Source of the DNA: Anthoceros angustus
Lineage: Eukaryota; Plantae; Anthocerotophyta
Length of the DNA stretch: 64,000 nucleotides
Assembly: GCA_010909165.1 (NCBI GenBank)
Contig: MU008179.1
Coordinates: 806,001 to 870,000 of the forward strand
Reading direction: 5' to 3'
Each line of letters begins with the position of its first letter. The stretch's first letter is position 1. Below are positions 36,300-47,829 of this stretch, piece after piece. The position numbers and the translations under genes are program-made. The notes under the pieces are model-generated. The model was given only the letters and a program-made list of their open reading frames with translations, was not told where the DNA came from and did no database searches.

Positions 36300-37700
36300 A
36301 TTGTCGTGTTTGATCCGGCAGAGTTTTTTGCGCTTCGAAAGGAGCATCCGAACATCAACATTGGCCAACGAGCATTTGAGAAATCAAGCCCTTCTTCATC
36401 AAGTCCCGCAAGAGAGAAATGTCTTGTTGTAGGTACCATGTCGAGATGGCGTTTTGAAGGACGCCTGAACTTGCTACGCAGTTCCCTCAAAGTGCACCTC
36501 CGTGCGCTGCAGTGGGGTGTGGAGAGAAACCCGAGGAGGGGACAAGTGCTACGCCTCGGAGATGTCCGAGATGGTGCAACTGCTTTATGTCCTAGAGCAC
36601 CGATGAGGACCGCATAGGCGAAAATGTTTGCTTGGTAAATGCGGCCAGGAGTTTCTGTCGGCCTCCGTCCTAAGGAGGTTTCACAAGCAATTTTGCCGGA
36701 GGTGACGTCAAGTGGCGGTGCTTTGAGTACCGTAAAGTGGGAGTGAATGAGGACGGAACCTCTAAGACCGTAATAAAGCTAGTCTATAGGGAAACTCATC
36801 CTTCGATGATTGAATTCCTTCAAGATAAGCTGGCTGCCTTCATTTCACATGATTACGCCCAAAGATGGCAAGCCACGGAGTTTTAAATGCATTGATTGGT
36901 TTCCGAGGATGTGATAGTTTCGTTATGGACTTCTCGAACTATGCTTTCCAAGTTCGTAACGAGATACAATCAATGCAATCGCATAGTGATCAAGTGACTA
37001 TCCTAGTCCATGTTACATATATGCGGATGGGGCTGCAGAGGAGGACCCCTATTGCAATGTTCAAAAGTTTTACCACTTTTACATTAGTGATGACATGCAA
37101 GACGACACTCTCTTTGTCCAAAGATGCCCTTATGCTACACTGGACGTTGCTGTCCAATGGATACAAGAGGCCACGGAGCATTGGATGTGGTCGGATGGTG
37201 CACTTCCCGCTTTAAGGCTTGCACCAAGCTATTTTGTGGCGAGGTACCCGTGTCTAACTGGGGATGCAAAATCTTTGTGGAGTTATTTTGGGTCGTGACA
37301 CGGAAAGGGGAGCACGATGGGGCGGTGCCATATTAAAGAGGGCACTACGTGGAGAAGAGTCACCTTCACCGACAAGGCCGCAGAGCCGCAGACGTTGTCG
37401 AGTTCTGCTCCAAGATATCTCATGGGGCAAGATCCTCCTATGCAAGTGGCGAAAGGCGGTGCAGGGTTTTTGGTTGGTGGGAAAGAATGAAGTCAACCGC
37501 AGGGGTGGGGTGTGCACCAATCCCGGTTCTAAAGGCATGCACATTTACGGGACTCGGATGCAACCAACCTCGGCTCAAGATGCGGCATCTAGCGTGTTTT
37601 GTGCTATTTGCATGGACGGACCATGCGGCATGTGAGTCGCTGCCCATGCATCCGGCATTCGCCATTTTGAGGCCGGACAATAGGGATCCCGCTGGTCGAC
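36300..37700 (+). pseudogene. Frameshifted DNA transposase, Sola-like (probably Sola2-type) DDD family
   Basis: HPNINIGQRAFEK, MDFS(E)NYAFQVRNEIQSM..QVTILVHV, YISDDMQDDTLFVQRC, WMWSDG, WSYFGS.HGKGEHDGA.AILKR, Cys-rich tail. Superfamily assigned from remembered motifs; termini not found. Confidence 0.65.
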
Positions 37701-38374
37701 CAGACCCGGTGCAATCGCACCATTGCGCTAAATGCTCCGGAGAGGATGGGTCACCGCGGTTCAAGGTTGCAAATGAGGATGTCTCGAACTCGCACCTCTT
37801 AGAGCTTGGAGACAACTTTCGCGCAAGGCATCCTAGGGATGAAGGTTCAAGTTTTTATTTTGGCAAATGCATCAAGCAGGCATGTGACCACGGAGCACAT
37901 TACGTCCCATGGAGCAAGCAAAACTTCCTCCTGTGACAAGGTAGTTGTGGGCCAATACTACTCGGGCGTGAGCGGATGGTTGTGTGTACACTTTGGACTA
38001 CGATTCCGCGGAGGTCACCCTTCTTTCAACCCTGTGAGAGTCGCAAGTTCCCACGTTGGAACGAGTGGAAGGAGGCCGACTATGTGCCGACTCGACACCG
38101 AGTCCTTTAAAGAGCTTGTGAGGGAGGGAAACTAGGACATATGCCCATGCCTTCACGAAATGACCTTGATCCGACTTCTAAATACCATGGTCCGTAACCA
38201 TCTTCACACGCAAAGGTCTCGATGCACTCCGCATGAATATGGAGCACTTTGCCCGAATTGCGATTGCGGGTGATAAGCTCTAACGCAAAATCCGAAAACC
38301 CCGCCGAGGTTTGTACAAGCAAGCTTGAAGCAAGTGAGCCATGGCTGCGGAGATGGGTGCGGGTGTTGCTGTTT

Positions 38375-38460
38375 TGGCGGGCGCGGTGTTGCCGCGATGG
38401 CGGCGCGATGGCGGGCGCGGTGTTGCTGCGATGGCGGGCGCGGTGTTGCTGCGATGGCGG
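38375..38460. repeat. GC-rich tandem repeat, about 23-bp unit GATGGCGGGCGCGGTGTTGCTGC
   Basis: About three copies, read directly. Confidence 0.85.
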
Positions 38461-39479
38461 CACTTGAGCGAGCACCGAAGCGATGGCGGCGACCATTCAT
38501 GGCTCGGCAGCCCATGCAAGTGTCCGGAAGACTATGGTCATTTGGCGGTGATCCCAAGAACGCAGATCCGGCAGCGCAATGATGCTTGAGAGACTACCCA
38601 CGTCCAAATGGGCTGATCATAGACATCGGTGGCCCACCAAGATGAGAGTGAGGATACACAATCCGTGCGTCAAGCTAGTCTCCAAGAAGGAATCAAGAAA
38701 CGGGAAACTAGAGGTGTATCATGTCGAGAGACTATTTTCCGCCCATGTTTGTTCTTGCGTGTGGGGAGTGTGTGTTGAAGGAAGGCTCTCCCTATGCACA
38801 TGCGGAGGCTCTCTTGATTCACTAGTGAAAACGCCAAAATTGTCCAACATTGGAGTCAAGTTTCCCAATTTTGTCCATTCAAGTCTCTCCATTGTCCGTA
38901 AGTCTAGCCACCTACAATTCAGCTTTGGTCCGTGCCTCTAGGGCTTCTTCTAGCGTGGCCTGCACGTAGGGCTTACCCAATACTTGACAACCTCGTTCTT
39001 GTTGTGGGGATCCAGCTTGGCTTGCTCCAAGATCTCGACTTTGGCTCGCACCACGAGTCCGCCTCAAGACCACCGCTTGCCCAAGCCTTCCCTTGTTTAG
39101 AAGCTCGATAGCCGCGGGCCCTACTTCCACGTAATAATTACCCTCTACAACCTCGCTTTGAATGGAAGACCCTTCCAAAATTTGTCTTCATGCCGCTCGA
39201 GTTTGTGCACACCTTCACACACCGAGGAGGTAGAAGTTAACGTTCTCTATATTGCCCGGCTCGCACGCACTACATATAGTTATCCCTGTGCTCCAACTCT
39301 TGCACTGGAGGCAAGTGACTAGTCTTCGATCTTGCCGAATGTGCTTTGGTCGCCTTTTGAGCCTTACGCGGCCGGCCTCTTTTCCCGAGCGGGTCCCCAT
39401 GCTCACAGCCTCACTATTATCCCGCCGCATCAACTGCCCACCCCATTCACATTCCCAACCGAGACAATGCAGCGACTGT

Positions 39480-40000
39480 GTGTGTCATTCTCCAGGGTCC
39501 TTCTCCACCTCGTGTGTGTCCTTGTCTAGTTGAGATGCACCTTCTTCGCCTCCAGACCTCATTCTCCACCCCAGTTTGTCCTTGTCCACATCATGTGTGT
39601 GTTTCTCCGCCACGTGTGTCCTTCTCCACATCATGTATGGCCCTCTCTTGCTCAAGTGTGGCCTTCTCCACCTCGCATGGCCTTCCACCTCAAGTGGCCT
39701 TCTCCACCTCGGTATGGCCTTCCACCTCGTGTATGGCCTTCTCCATCGCAATTGTGTCCACCTTAGGTATGGCCTTCTCCACGCAGCTATGTCCAGCTCC
39801 ACCTCGTATGGCCTTCTCCACTGCACCGTGTCCACCTCGTGTGTATGGCCTTCCACTCGCATGTCCACCTCGTATGGCCTTCTCCACTGCATGTCCTTGT
39901 CCACCTCAATCGTGATCTTCTCACATTAGGTGTGGCATTCTCCATCGCGGGTGGTGTTCTCCATCAAGGCGTGGCCTTCTCGCACGTGTGGCCTTCTCCC
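39480..40000. repeat. Degenerate minisatellite with core GTATGGCCTTCTCCAC
   Basis: Many imperfect copies of TGGCCTTCTCCAC/TGTCCACCTC; explains the repetitive ORFs in the track. Confidence 0.85.
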
Positions 40001-40429
40001 CACACACCGCACTTTGTTCCAGATCGAGTGTGCAAATGCACTGGGTCCCCTCTCGATCCCCGCCGCCTCAGATTGTCTTCCGCAGCACCGCACTTGCCGC
40101 CTCCCTAGCCCTACTCGAATGCCCGGCGTTGGCACCCTTTTTTCACCGAGGGGTCCAAGGAACCCTCCGGCCTCGATCCGCACGCCAAAACCGAGCCATA
40201 CGAGCCGCCGCTGGTGGTCTGAGTCGCCAGATTCGAATGGGAACACTCCGATCGCACTTGACATCGAGGCAACTTGTCGAGTGCAAAAAGCATTGATAGC
40301 ATTAGCTTTGGAGGAAAGCAATACAAGGGAAAAGGAACCCCTGTCCTCCGCCCACACCCTCCGCCTGCACTGGAGATGCCGCGGTATGAATGCGGTGACT
40401 TCGAATCTTCTCAAGGCGAGAGCAATCCA

Positions 40430-41260
40430 TCCGGATCCTTTACAAGCTCAAGGTACTCGGACTTCCACTCCTTGAGTTGTTCATCGCACCATGCCTCCCA
40501 GACTGCTCCTCGCGGATCCCCCCTTTGCGACGTACCACCGGTGTCCACCTCCATGTCTGCCGAGGGCACAATGCTTGGTCCGCAAATGAGAAAAGAGGCA
40601 AAATTCATGGTACATATGCCCGCATGAGAGAACTCGCTCATTGCAGCCAAAACCACCGCAATGACATGTACTCGAGAAACACGGCAAGCACTAGGCGGAC
40701 AAGTTCACGGATCCACACAAGACACCAAAAGCATACCTAGCGCATATAGGGCAAGCATTCACAACAATGGTCGGCTCATCCGCTCCAAGGGCGCTGGAAG
40801 GAAGTTGGTGCGACCAGGCCTCCCCTCCACTTCAACATCCATGACTGCTGCCAAGGACTTGAGGACGTTGAACATCCGTTCCTTTTGGTCGACAGCACAA
40901 GCCTGCTGTTGAAGCTCATGCTGGGCACGAGAGTCCTCCGTCGCCAGCTCCTCAACCCGCAAATACAGGCTCTTCTCCATAGCATACAGGGCTTGAAGCT
41001 GACCCGAAAGGTGGCTGACCAAGGATCTGTGCCCTTGAATGTCCTCAAAAGTCTCGTCATCTTCGATGCTCTTCTCGCACCATCTCCATTTCGGGAACAC
41101 TTGCGAATGTCGAACGCCACCTCCCAAGCCTCTGCTTTTCACCGGGTCAAAGCATGCTTTACCTCCTTTTGCAGCATCCACCTTGTCAAGTTGGACATTT
41201 ACATCCGCAACTCCCCTGCCGATACGGATCGTGGTTGCCGAGCACCCAGCCACCTTGGTC
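40430..41260 (-). pseudogene. Coiled-coil + RING-H2-like zinc finger ORF inside the transposon cargo (frameshifted)
   Basis: Heptad-like LQALYAMEKSLYLRVEELATEDSRAQHELQQQ followed by C..C...LSCGHMYHEFCL...HC. Confidence 0.55.
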
Positions 41261-41429
41261 TTCCTTCGCGAGCTTCCTTCACCTTCACAAGTACAAAGGC
41301 AAGTAAATCACCCATCGCTGGATCTAGTGGGACACCACAGGTGAAAGTAGCAATGTGCCCACCGGTCGAGCAAACGTGAAGGAAAAGTGATCTGGGCACA
41401 TCAAGTGGAGGAGAAACACGAGCAAATGA

Positions 41430-41652
41430 CCGGATACAATGCACATGTTGCTCAACAACTTGGTCCGAGTGATGACCAAGGCAACAACGAGCATGGTGCA
41501 CTTCACATGACCCTACACCATGGCAAACTAGGTTGAATGACCAGGATACAACGCACATGTTGCTCAACAACTTGGTCCGAGTGACCATCAAGGCAACAAC
41601 GAGCATGGTGCACTTCATGACCCTACACCATGGCAAACTAGGTTGAATGACC
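41430..41652. repeat. Two-copy direct repeat, about 112 bp
   Basis: GGATACAA.GCACATGTTGCTCAACAACTTGGTCCGAGTGA...CCATGGCAAACTAGGTTGAATGACC occurs twice. Confidence 0.9.
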
Positions 41653-44227
41653 GGAGGGCCGACTAGGGTGCACCTCACATGATAGTAGGCGGTGTAGAGG
41701 ACTTAGCGACTGTGCATGACAAACATGTAGCACAAGGTGAGACAAACTTGAAAGCACGGTAGCCTACCAGCCGGCTGCTTGTGTCCTTTGGGCCCCTACA
41801 ACGAGTAGGGGCTCTTCCTCCTTGACTCCTGCAGCCTTCACCGCCTCGCCCGCTTTTCCTCACGGACTTCTGCTTTATTCCTCCCTGCTTGTGTCTTCTC
41901 GTGGAAGGTCTTCCTCACGCCGAGGCCAACAAGTTTCTCCAACGCAATTCCAAGGGCCATGAGCCTAGGGATCCGCTTCTCCCAGTGGGCCTCACTCGTA
42001 CATGCCAAAAATAAGAACATCAATTTCCTCCATTCTTCTTCGCTAAGGGCATCGGTTTCCGCCACCCATGCCCCTCGTTAAAACTAGGGGCCCAAAAGCC
42101 TCTCACCTCCTCGCTCCCCAACCCGTCCTCACCCATTTGCGAGTCCTGTGTCTTTGACATCCACCCCAAAGACAACGGAGGTCGCCATCACCGCCTCCAT
42201 GTCCAACTTGCCATGGGCCCTTTCGCCGCCCATATTCCTCCAAGCGCCTTTCTCCGCCGGCCTTCCTTCCTTCGCTTCCGCCGCCCCGCTCTTGGATACC
42301 ATGGATCGCCACTTGGCTTGGGCACCTGTGTGAGCTCGCCCACCTCACCGCAATCTCGCCATCACATCGGATGAGTGCCTGAGCTCCCCACCGATAATTG
42401 TCTTCCACATCTCCTCGCCTCCTCACTTTCTTCAAGCTCCTGTCCGGACTTAGAGGCATTTCCGCACACACAAGGCAACCTTAGACACCATGAGGAACAT
42501 GGACCATGCTTATGTCAAATGGAGAGCATGAGGAACATGAGCCACCTCCACATCTCGCACTATGAAAACACACCGCCTCGATGGCCAGCCTTCTTTAGCG
42601 AGGCCATCACCGGCCGCATGCGGCCTCCATCACCTGTGCTCGCCCTTGCCTCGGCGGCTACAACTCGGCCGGTCGACCAAGATGCCCCTCGGCAGGCATG
42701 CCTCAGCCCATCGCCTAGGCCCGCCTCGCCTCCGCCATCCGCAGCCTCGCCGTGCGGACAAGGCCCATGTCGTGGCCCCAAGCCACACTGGCTCGAGGGA
42801 GGGCTCCACAGCCGGGCCTCGGGACATGCGAGTGGAGGTGCCTCCCCTTGAGCGCAAAACACTCCTCACGCCACGATTACCACCTCACCCACGAGGACGC
42901 CACTAGGAAACATGTAGTACGGAGGGCATCCGTGATCGTAGCTTCCGAGCTCCTAGGTGGGCGTTTCCTACAAGGCTGATGTAGTCGAGGCGGGACCATG
43001 GCAAGAAACGCAAAACCCTAAACCCCGTGAATGCGGCTTGAGCAACCTCGCACCTGCAGTTGGTGGCTGCGAACTTGGTCGTCCTCCCGGCGATTGCCTG
43101 CTTCTCCCTTCCGCTGCTCGCCTGCCTCTAAGCGTGGGGACCCTATCAGGCCGGGCACCCTCCTCCTTCCCCGTGAACACTCCAAATGTCGATGGTCGAT
43201 AGCGGCGACGCCGAAGAGCTCCGCGTGAAGATGAAGCCCCGCCACACCTTCACGCCCGAGCCGTACTTTCGGGCCCCAAGTTCACCGCATGACATGTTCA
43301 CGCTCCAAATTTGACTTAACTTCAAACCGTATAATATTGGATAATCGAAACTTGGGGTATATGCAAGACATATTGCACATTTGCATATGTCACAAAATGT
43401 GGTATACCTAACAAGTAAGACTCGAAATAGATCGTAAATGGTGGATGTTCATTGGTGATCGCATCAAGATTGGCTCGACAATACCCTAGTTGGCTTTACA
43501 CCGCGAAAACCATGCCCTTCACGCTTCAAGACCGTATCGATTGAATGTGTCCGACGATGCTTTCAACCGATTTGAAATTTGAGCGGTTTCTACAAGCTCA
43601 TTTATGCATTGATTAAACTATAATATTTGTTTAGGGTACTGTAATTAATAATTACATGAAATCGTGATTACGGTAAAACCGTACACGCCCACACTAATCC
43701 ACGCTCACTAGTTCTATGCATACCGAGAAAGCAGAAATGGTGGCTCTGCCCCCTTCGACCTCTTCATGCGGCCCTGCCCTCCTTCCCTCCCATCACGCTT
43801 GCGCCAACTTTGGTTACCTCCTTCCAAGCGGCGAACAGGTGGTGCTTTGGCCCGTCCCTGGTCATTGACATTCCACTTTCAGAAACAGTATGTTGACATG
43901 GCTGGCAGAGCGCAAACAGCTTTAAATTACGCTCAAGTTCTAACGAATGGACAGAACAGAAGTGCTAGCATGTCGTCACTCCTTACTTCCTCCAGCCTTT
44001 CTCGCTGTATCGATGCCCCTCTGCATTCAAGCAAGGGGGAATCAAGCATCGCACTCGCACATGCCCCAAACTAGATATCGGATCTTGCACCTCAAAATAC
44101 TAAGCTTCTCCACGACTTCATAGTGACACAGAAATTAAAACTGCGCATATGATGGTCTGTACTCAACGCCATGCTCAATTGATTTTTTCGCCTCCCCAAC
44201 CACAAGCAAGATTGCCTACCTTTCCTC

Positions 44228-45448
44228 TCATCGCACTCCGTGTGATCCGCTTGTTAGGATCTGGTGGTGGAGGAGATGGAGTATGTCGTGTCCAACTCCT
44301 CGACCTAGTTCGTCATCTGAATGGGAAGCCACTGTCTCCGAAGGCGCATCTACAAGTCCAATGAGTAGACTCTGATGCATGAGCACATAGGCGAGCCAAC
44401 GGATTGCATTAAACATGAAACTTCGATTGCTTACTTCCACACCTTCCTTCGCTAGAGAGGCCTGGAAAGCTTCAATGTCTTCCATACCATGCTCCACTGC
44501 CCACGCTTCTTCAACAGGTGTGGGCATCTTGTGGAACTTGTGGTAAAAAAACTTCCTGAAGTCCGTGGCCCCCCCTCGTCCATAGGGGTTGCACCCTGCA
44601 CCTTCATACTTAGCCACCCGGGCCTCTGTCGCCTTCATTTGTTGTGCCCTTGGCCACTCACCGTTGTTTTGATCAAGCACCTGCACACCGATTGAAGCGA
44701 CCCACGCCTCTTTGGACACATTACCTGGGTGCAAATGTTTTTCGTAATCACCACGTCTCCGCAAATCCGCTGCAGCTAACTTCACCCTTGCTAGGCAGAA
44801 TGAATTTTTGGTCCGAGACCGCTGGGAGAATTGCTTGTTGATGAAATCTCGATTAGTAACTGCGGGAAAACTCTCCTGAATGATGTCAACGAGTTCTGTG
44901 TGCAGCTCCGGTGAATGCTCCGACCATGGTTTCAGCAAAGTCATACGTGTGTGCACTAGCTCCGAGACTCGTTTCTGAAACAGACGCCTTGCTCCGCCAG
45001 TCAACTTCCCAAACATATCATCCCTAGCTACTTTGCCAGGGCATGTCGCATCCTCACTACACACCCGTCTCGCCTCCGCCAAAACCGTGGCCCTCCCATG
45101 CAATTTCACACAAGTCCTGAGCACATCTTCAAGGTGTGCACTCGTGAGGACCTGCCACAGGGTGTGTGCACTCTCCCCCTCTGCCGACTTCAGCCTGCCA
45201 TTAGGGAGGAACAATGCTTCCCACATGTGTTCAAATGTCTCGGGCTCAAACTCAGTGCCCATAGCTCCCTCTACGCTGACCAAACCATCCAACCTTGGTG
45301 TCGCCGGCACAACCAGCTCAGTCGTCTCCTGCAGCGTGTGCCTTGACCCGCATGGACCGCAATCATTGAGGTGCACCCGACCCTCCTCAGCCTGATTCTC
45401 CACCCATGATAGGAGCCCTCCTCCGATCTCCACCCACTCATGGGCCAT
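44228..45448 (-). CDS. Second CACTA ORF (TnpA-like by position), likely spliced to downstream exons
   Basis: Uninterrupted 406-codon frame downstream of and co-oriented with TnpD inside the TIRs; P.NVSKEAW and YGRGG resemble TnpA/Ptta-type proteins. Confidence 0.6.
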   Translation of the reverse strand: MAHEWVEIGGGLLSWVENQAEEGRVHLNDCGPCGSRHTLQETTELVVPATPRLDGLVSVEGAMGTEFEPETFEHMWEALFLPNGRLKSAEGESAHTLWQVLTSAHLEDVLRTCVKLHGRATVLAEARRVCSEDATCPGKVARDDMFGKLTGGARRLFQKRVSELVHTRMTLLKPWSEHSPELHTELVDIIQESFPAVTNRDFINKQFSQRSRTKNSFCLARVKLAAADLRRRGDYEKHLHPGNVSKEAWVASIGVQVLDQNNGEWPRAQQMKATEARVAKYEGAGCNPYGRGGATDFRKFFYHKFHKMPTPVEEAWAVEHGMEDIEAFQASLAKEGVEVSNRSFMFNAIRWLAYVLMHQSLLIGLVDAPSETVASHSDDELGRGVGHDILHLLHHQILTSGSHGVR

Positions 45449-46769
45449 GTCTGATTAGACGAGAAATCCCTACAAGATACCACACAAACCAGGAGAAAAA
45501 TGACTATTGTTTTGCTCAAGAAGAGGTAGTAGTCACAAATGAGAGAGATGCCTCACAATTGAGCCCTCCGTGGGAGGCGATGAATGACAATTTGTGGTGC
45601 CGCTGCCACCTATGACGTACTGCATTGTCCGTCTCCCCATTTGTATGAGTGGCTGCCCGTGGCAAATCCCTCTGCTGGAACCCGATCAGGGCCATGTTTT
45701 GACCCCAATCCCGACGTCACGACCCACCTTAACCCCTTCTCCACTGTCTTCGCTAGTTTCTCTTCCACAGGTGCTCATCGTCCAGCACACAACACGCTCC
45801 TGCAGTCCCCTGCAGCACACAACACGCCCCTGCAGACTAAGTCAGAACATTCATGGTTAGAACCGCCTGGTTGCACGTACTCCCCACGCCATCTGTCATG
45901 GGCACGATTCGCCACGACCGCAAATTTCCACGCCCGGCTTGATTGCGACATCCTGCGCGGCTCATCGCGTTCCTCCCTATCCGTTTGTTTGGGTGCATGC
46001 TGCACTCAACACTATCGACATCAAGCATTGCACCATCCTTTTCCCTCCTATCGATCGCACGCAAATGTGTTCGTACATGCATGCGGACAAAGCCGCCATA
46101 CGCCCAAGCCAGGGTGCATCTGGCAAATAACGCCTTCGGCGTGGGTAGTTTCACGTTTTGGCAGGGAGGCCGTTGCGTCACCATCAACCCTATGCCGACT
46201 ACAAATTGCTACTGCATGACAGTGGTGATGGCAATCGTACTTTGACTGTTTGGGTGCCTCCTTGACCAAGGCACGAAACGCGATTATCGAACCCCCGATA
46301 TATAATCCTAGCTGTGAACTACTTAGTTTAGGTATATCCACTCCTTGTGATTTTCCTTGACCACACATCACACCGCTTGACAACTTGAGTGCGTCCTCTT
46401 GCATGCGCGATGCCTTCTGTTCCAGTTGCACATGACTTTGAGCACGCCATGGCCAGAACTCGTTGTCACGCTCGGAGTTCTCGGACACGTGGCGCTATCC
46501 CAATGGTAAACCGTTTCCCATAAGAAGGATGCATCGACCCCCTCTTTTCCAAGCATTCACTGTCTCTCTTGCGCGATTTCAGGTTCCTGGCTTCAGAGGT
46601 GTGGAATTTCGGGCACGTCTTCTCGGGCACTGTGCTCCCAATTGGCTGCCCAGGTCTGAGTTTGGGAGTTTGCTTGTTGCCACTTTGTTGTCACTTGTTG
46701 CGGCCACCACAACTTAAATTCGTTTTGGCTTGTAATGTGTAGGGTCGGGTTGCGATTAACAGGAGGACC

Positions 46770-47129
46770 ATGGCTCACGTAATTGGGGCCAACATCCCTG
46801 GATACCCTCCACATTACGAGAACGACCAGCATGAGTTTACAGCCCTCATCGACAGGCCGGGCTCCCTCTCGCACCCCTTTCTCTGGCGCCTGATGGCTCT
46901 GATCCACAAGCACCGCGATAAGCTTGAGCGTGTGAAGACGGAGGTGGAGATGTTTGAAAGGCGGACAAGTGTGTCCGAGGGTGAGGCTGGCCCATGGGAG
47001 GTAGTGGATTTCAAGGCCTACTTCTCTGGCGAACTGGAAAAGCCTTGGGCATCGAAGAGACCGGATAGGCGTGTGAAGGACGATGGCATTCACACGCCAA
47101 GCAAGGACCGCACCGCCGGATTCGTGTAG
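46770..47129 (+). CDS. Orphan 119-aa ORF antisense to the CACTA genes
   Basis: Clean ATG-to-stop frame in a good context (ACCATGG), protein-like composition, AT-rich 3' flank; no family recognised. Confidence 0.45.
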   Translation: MAHVIGANIPGYPPHYENDQHEFTALIDRPGSLSHPFLWRLMALIHKHRDKLERVKTEVEMFERRTSVSEGEAGPWEVVDFKAYFSGELEKPWASKRPDRRVKDDGIHTPSKDRTAGFV

Positions 47130-47829
47130 AGCATTAGTGCCGTATGTGCCCATGGACATAGACAACGGGTTTAGGTAGGGGTTTGCATGTGGTATGATGC
47201 CATGTTTTGTTTTTTAATGGTCGAACATGAGCCGTATGTTGGCGTATATGGGCCGGAGGTTAAAATGCACCCCCTACATATATTTTGTCATTAAACCGCC
47301 CTGTTGTGGAAACCCTTGCCCTGAAACCCTCCAATATGAAATGGCAACATGAAAGGTGTGTGCCACATCCTCGAAACCCCGCAAATACGGCTCGTAGTAA
47401 AATCAGAGGTCATGTTGTAAAGGCATGGGCTATACTATAAAATAGTCCGTGGTCCCTAAACATCTGTAGTAAAACGAATGGACCCTAGGCTACATCAGTG
47501 AACATGGAGAATGCGGCAAACGTATGGCTTCGTCGGTTGAGCTATTGCTGCGATTGTTTATTCTTGTCTGCGCCTTGGGGTATCGCGGACATCCGGCGGT
47601 GCCAGCGCCATGTGCATCTTGGCATTCCCCGTGGCTACTAGGCCATAGGAAGCAGAATGGTGGTCTGCAAACAGATCGGTGCAAGCAATTTAGGTTGTGA
47701 CATGAGTCCAATTGGAGTCGGTCCTGGTAATTAATGATCCCATTCCACAAAGAAACATATTTTGACCCATTTATAATTATGTGTATTTACCCGCTGTAAT
47801 CCCCCCACTAGTCGGCATGCTTTTTCCTT

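Noticed and set aside
39478-39929. Repetitive ORFs (WRRPY, PPRMAFST)
   Set aside because: Translations of the minisatellite, open in several frames.
34170-43700. Candidate TIRs for the Sola-like nested block (GGG...ACGGTT near 34178 and 43690)
   Set aside because: Weak match and no TSD, so no boundaries were called.
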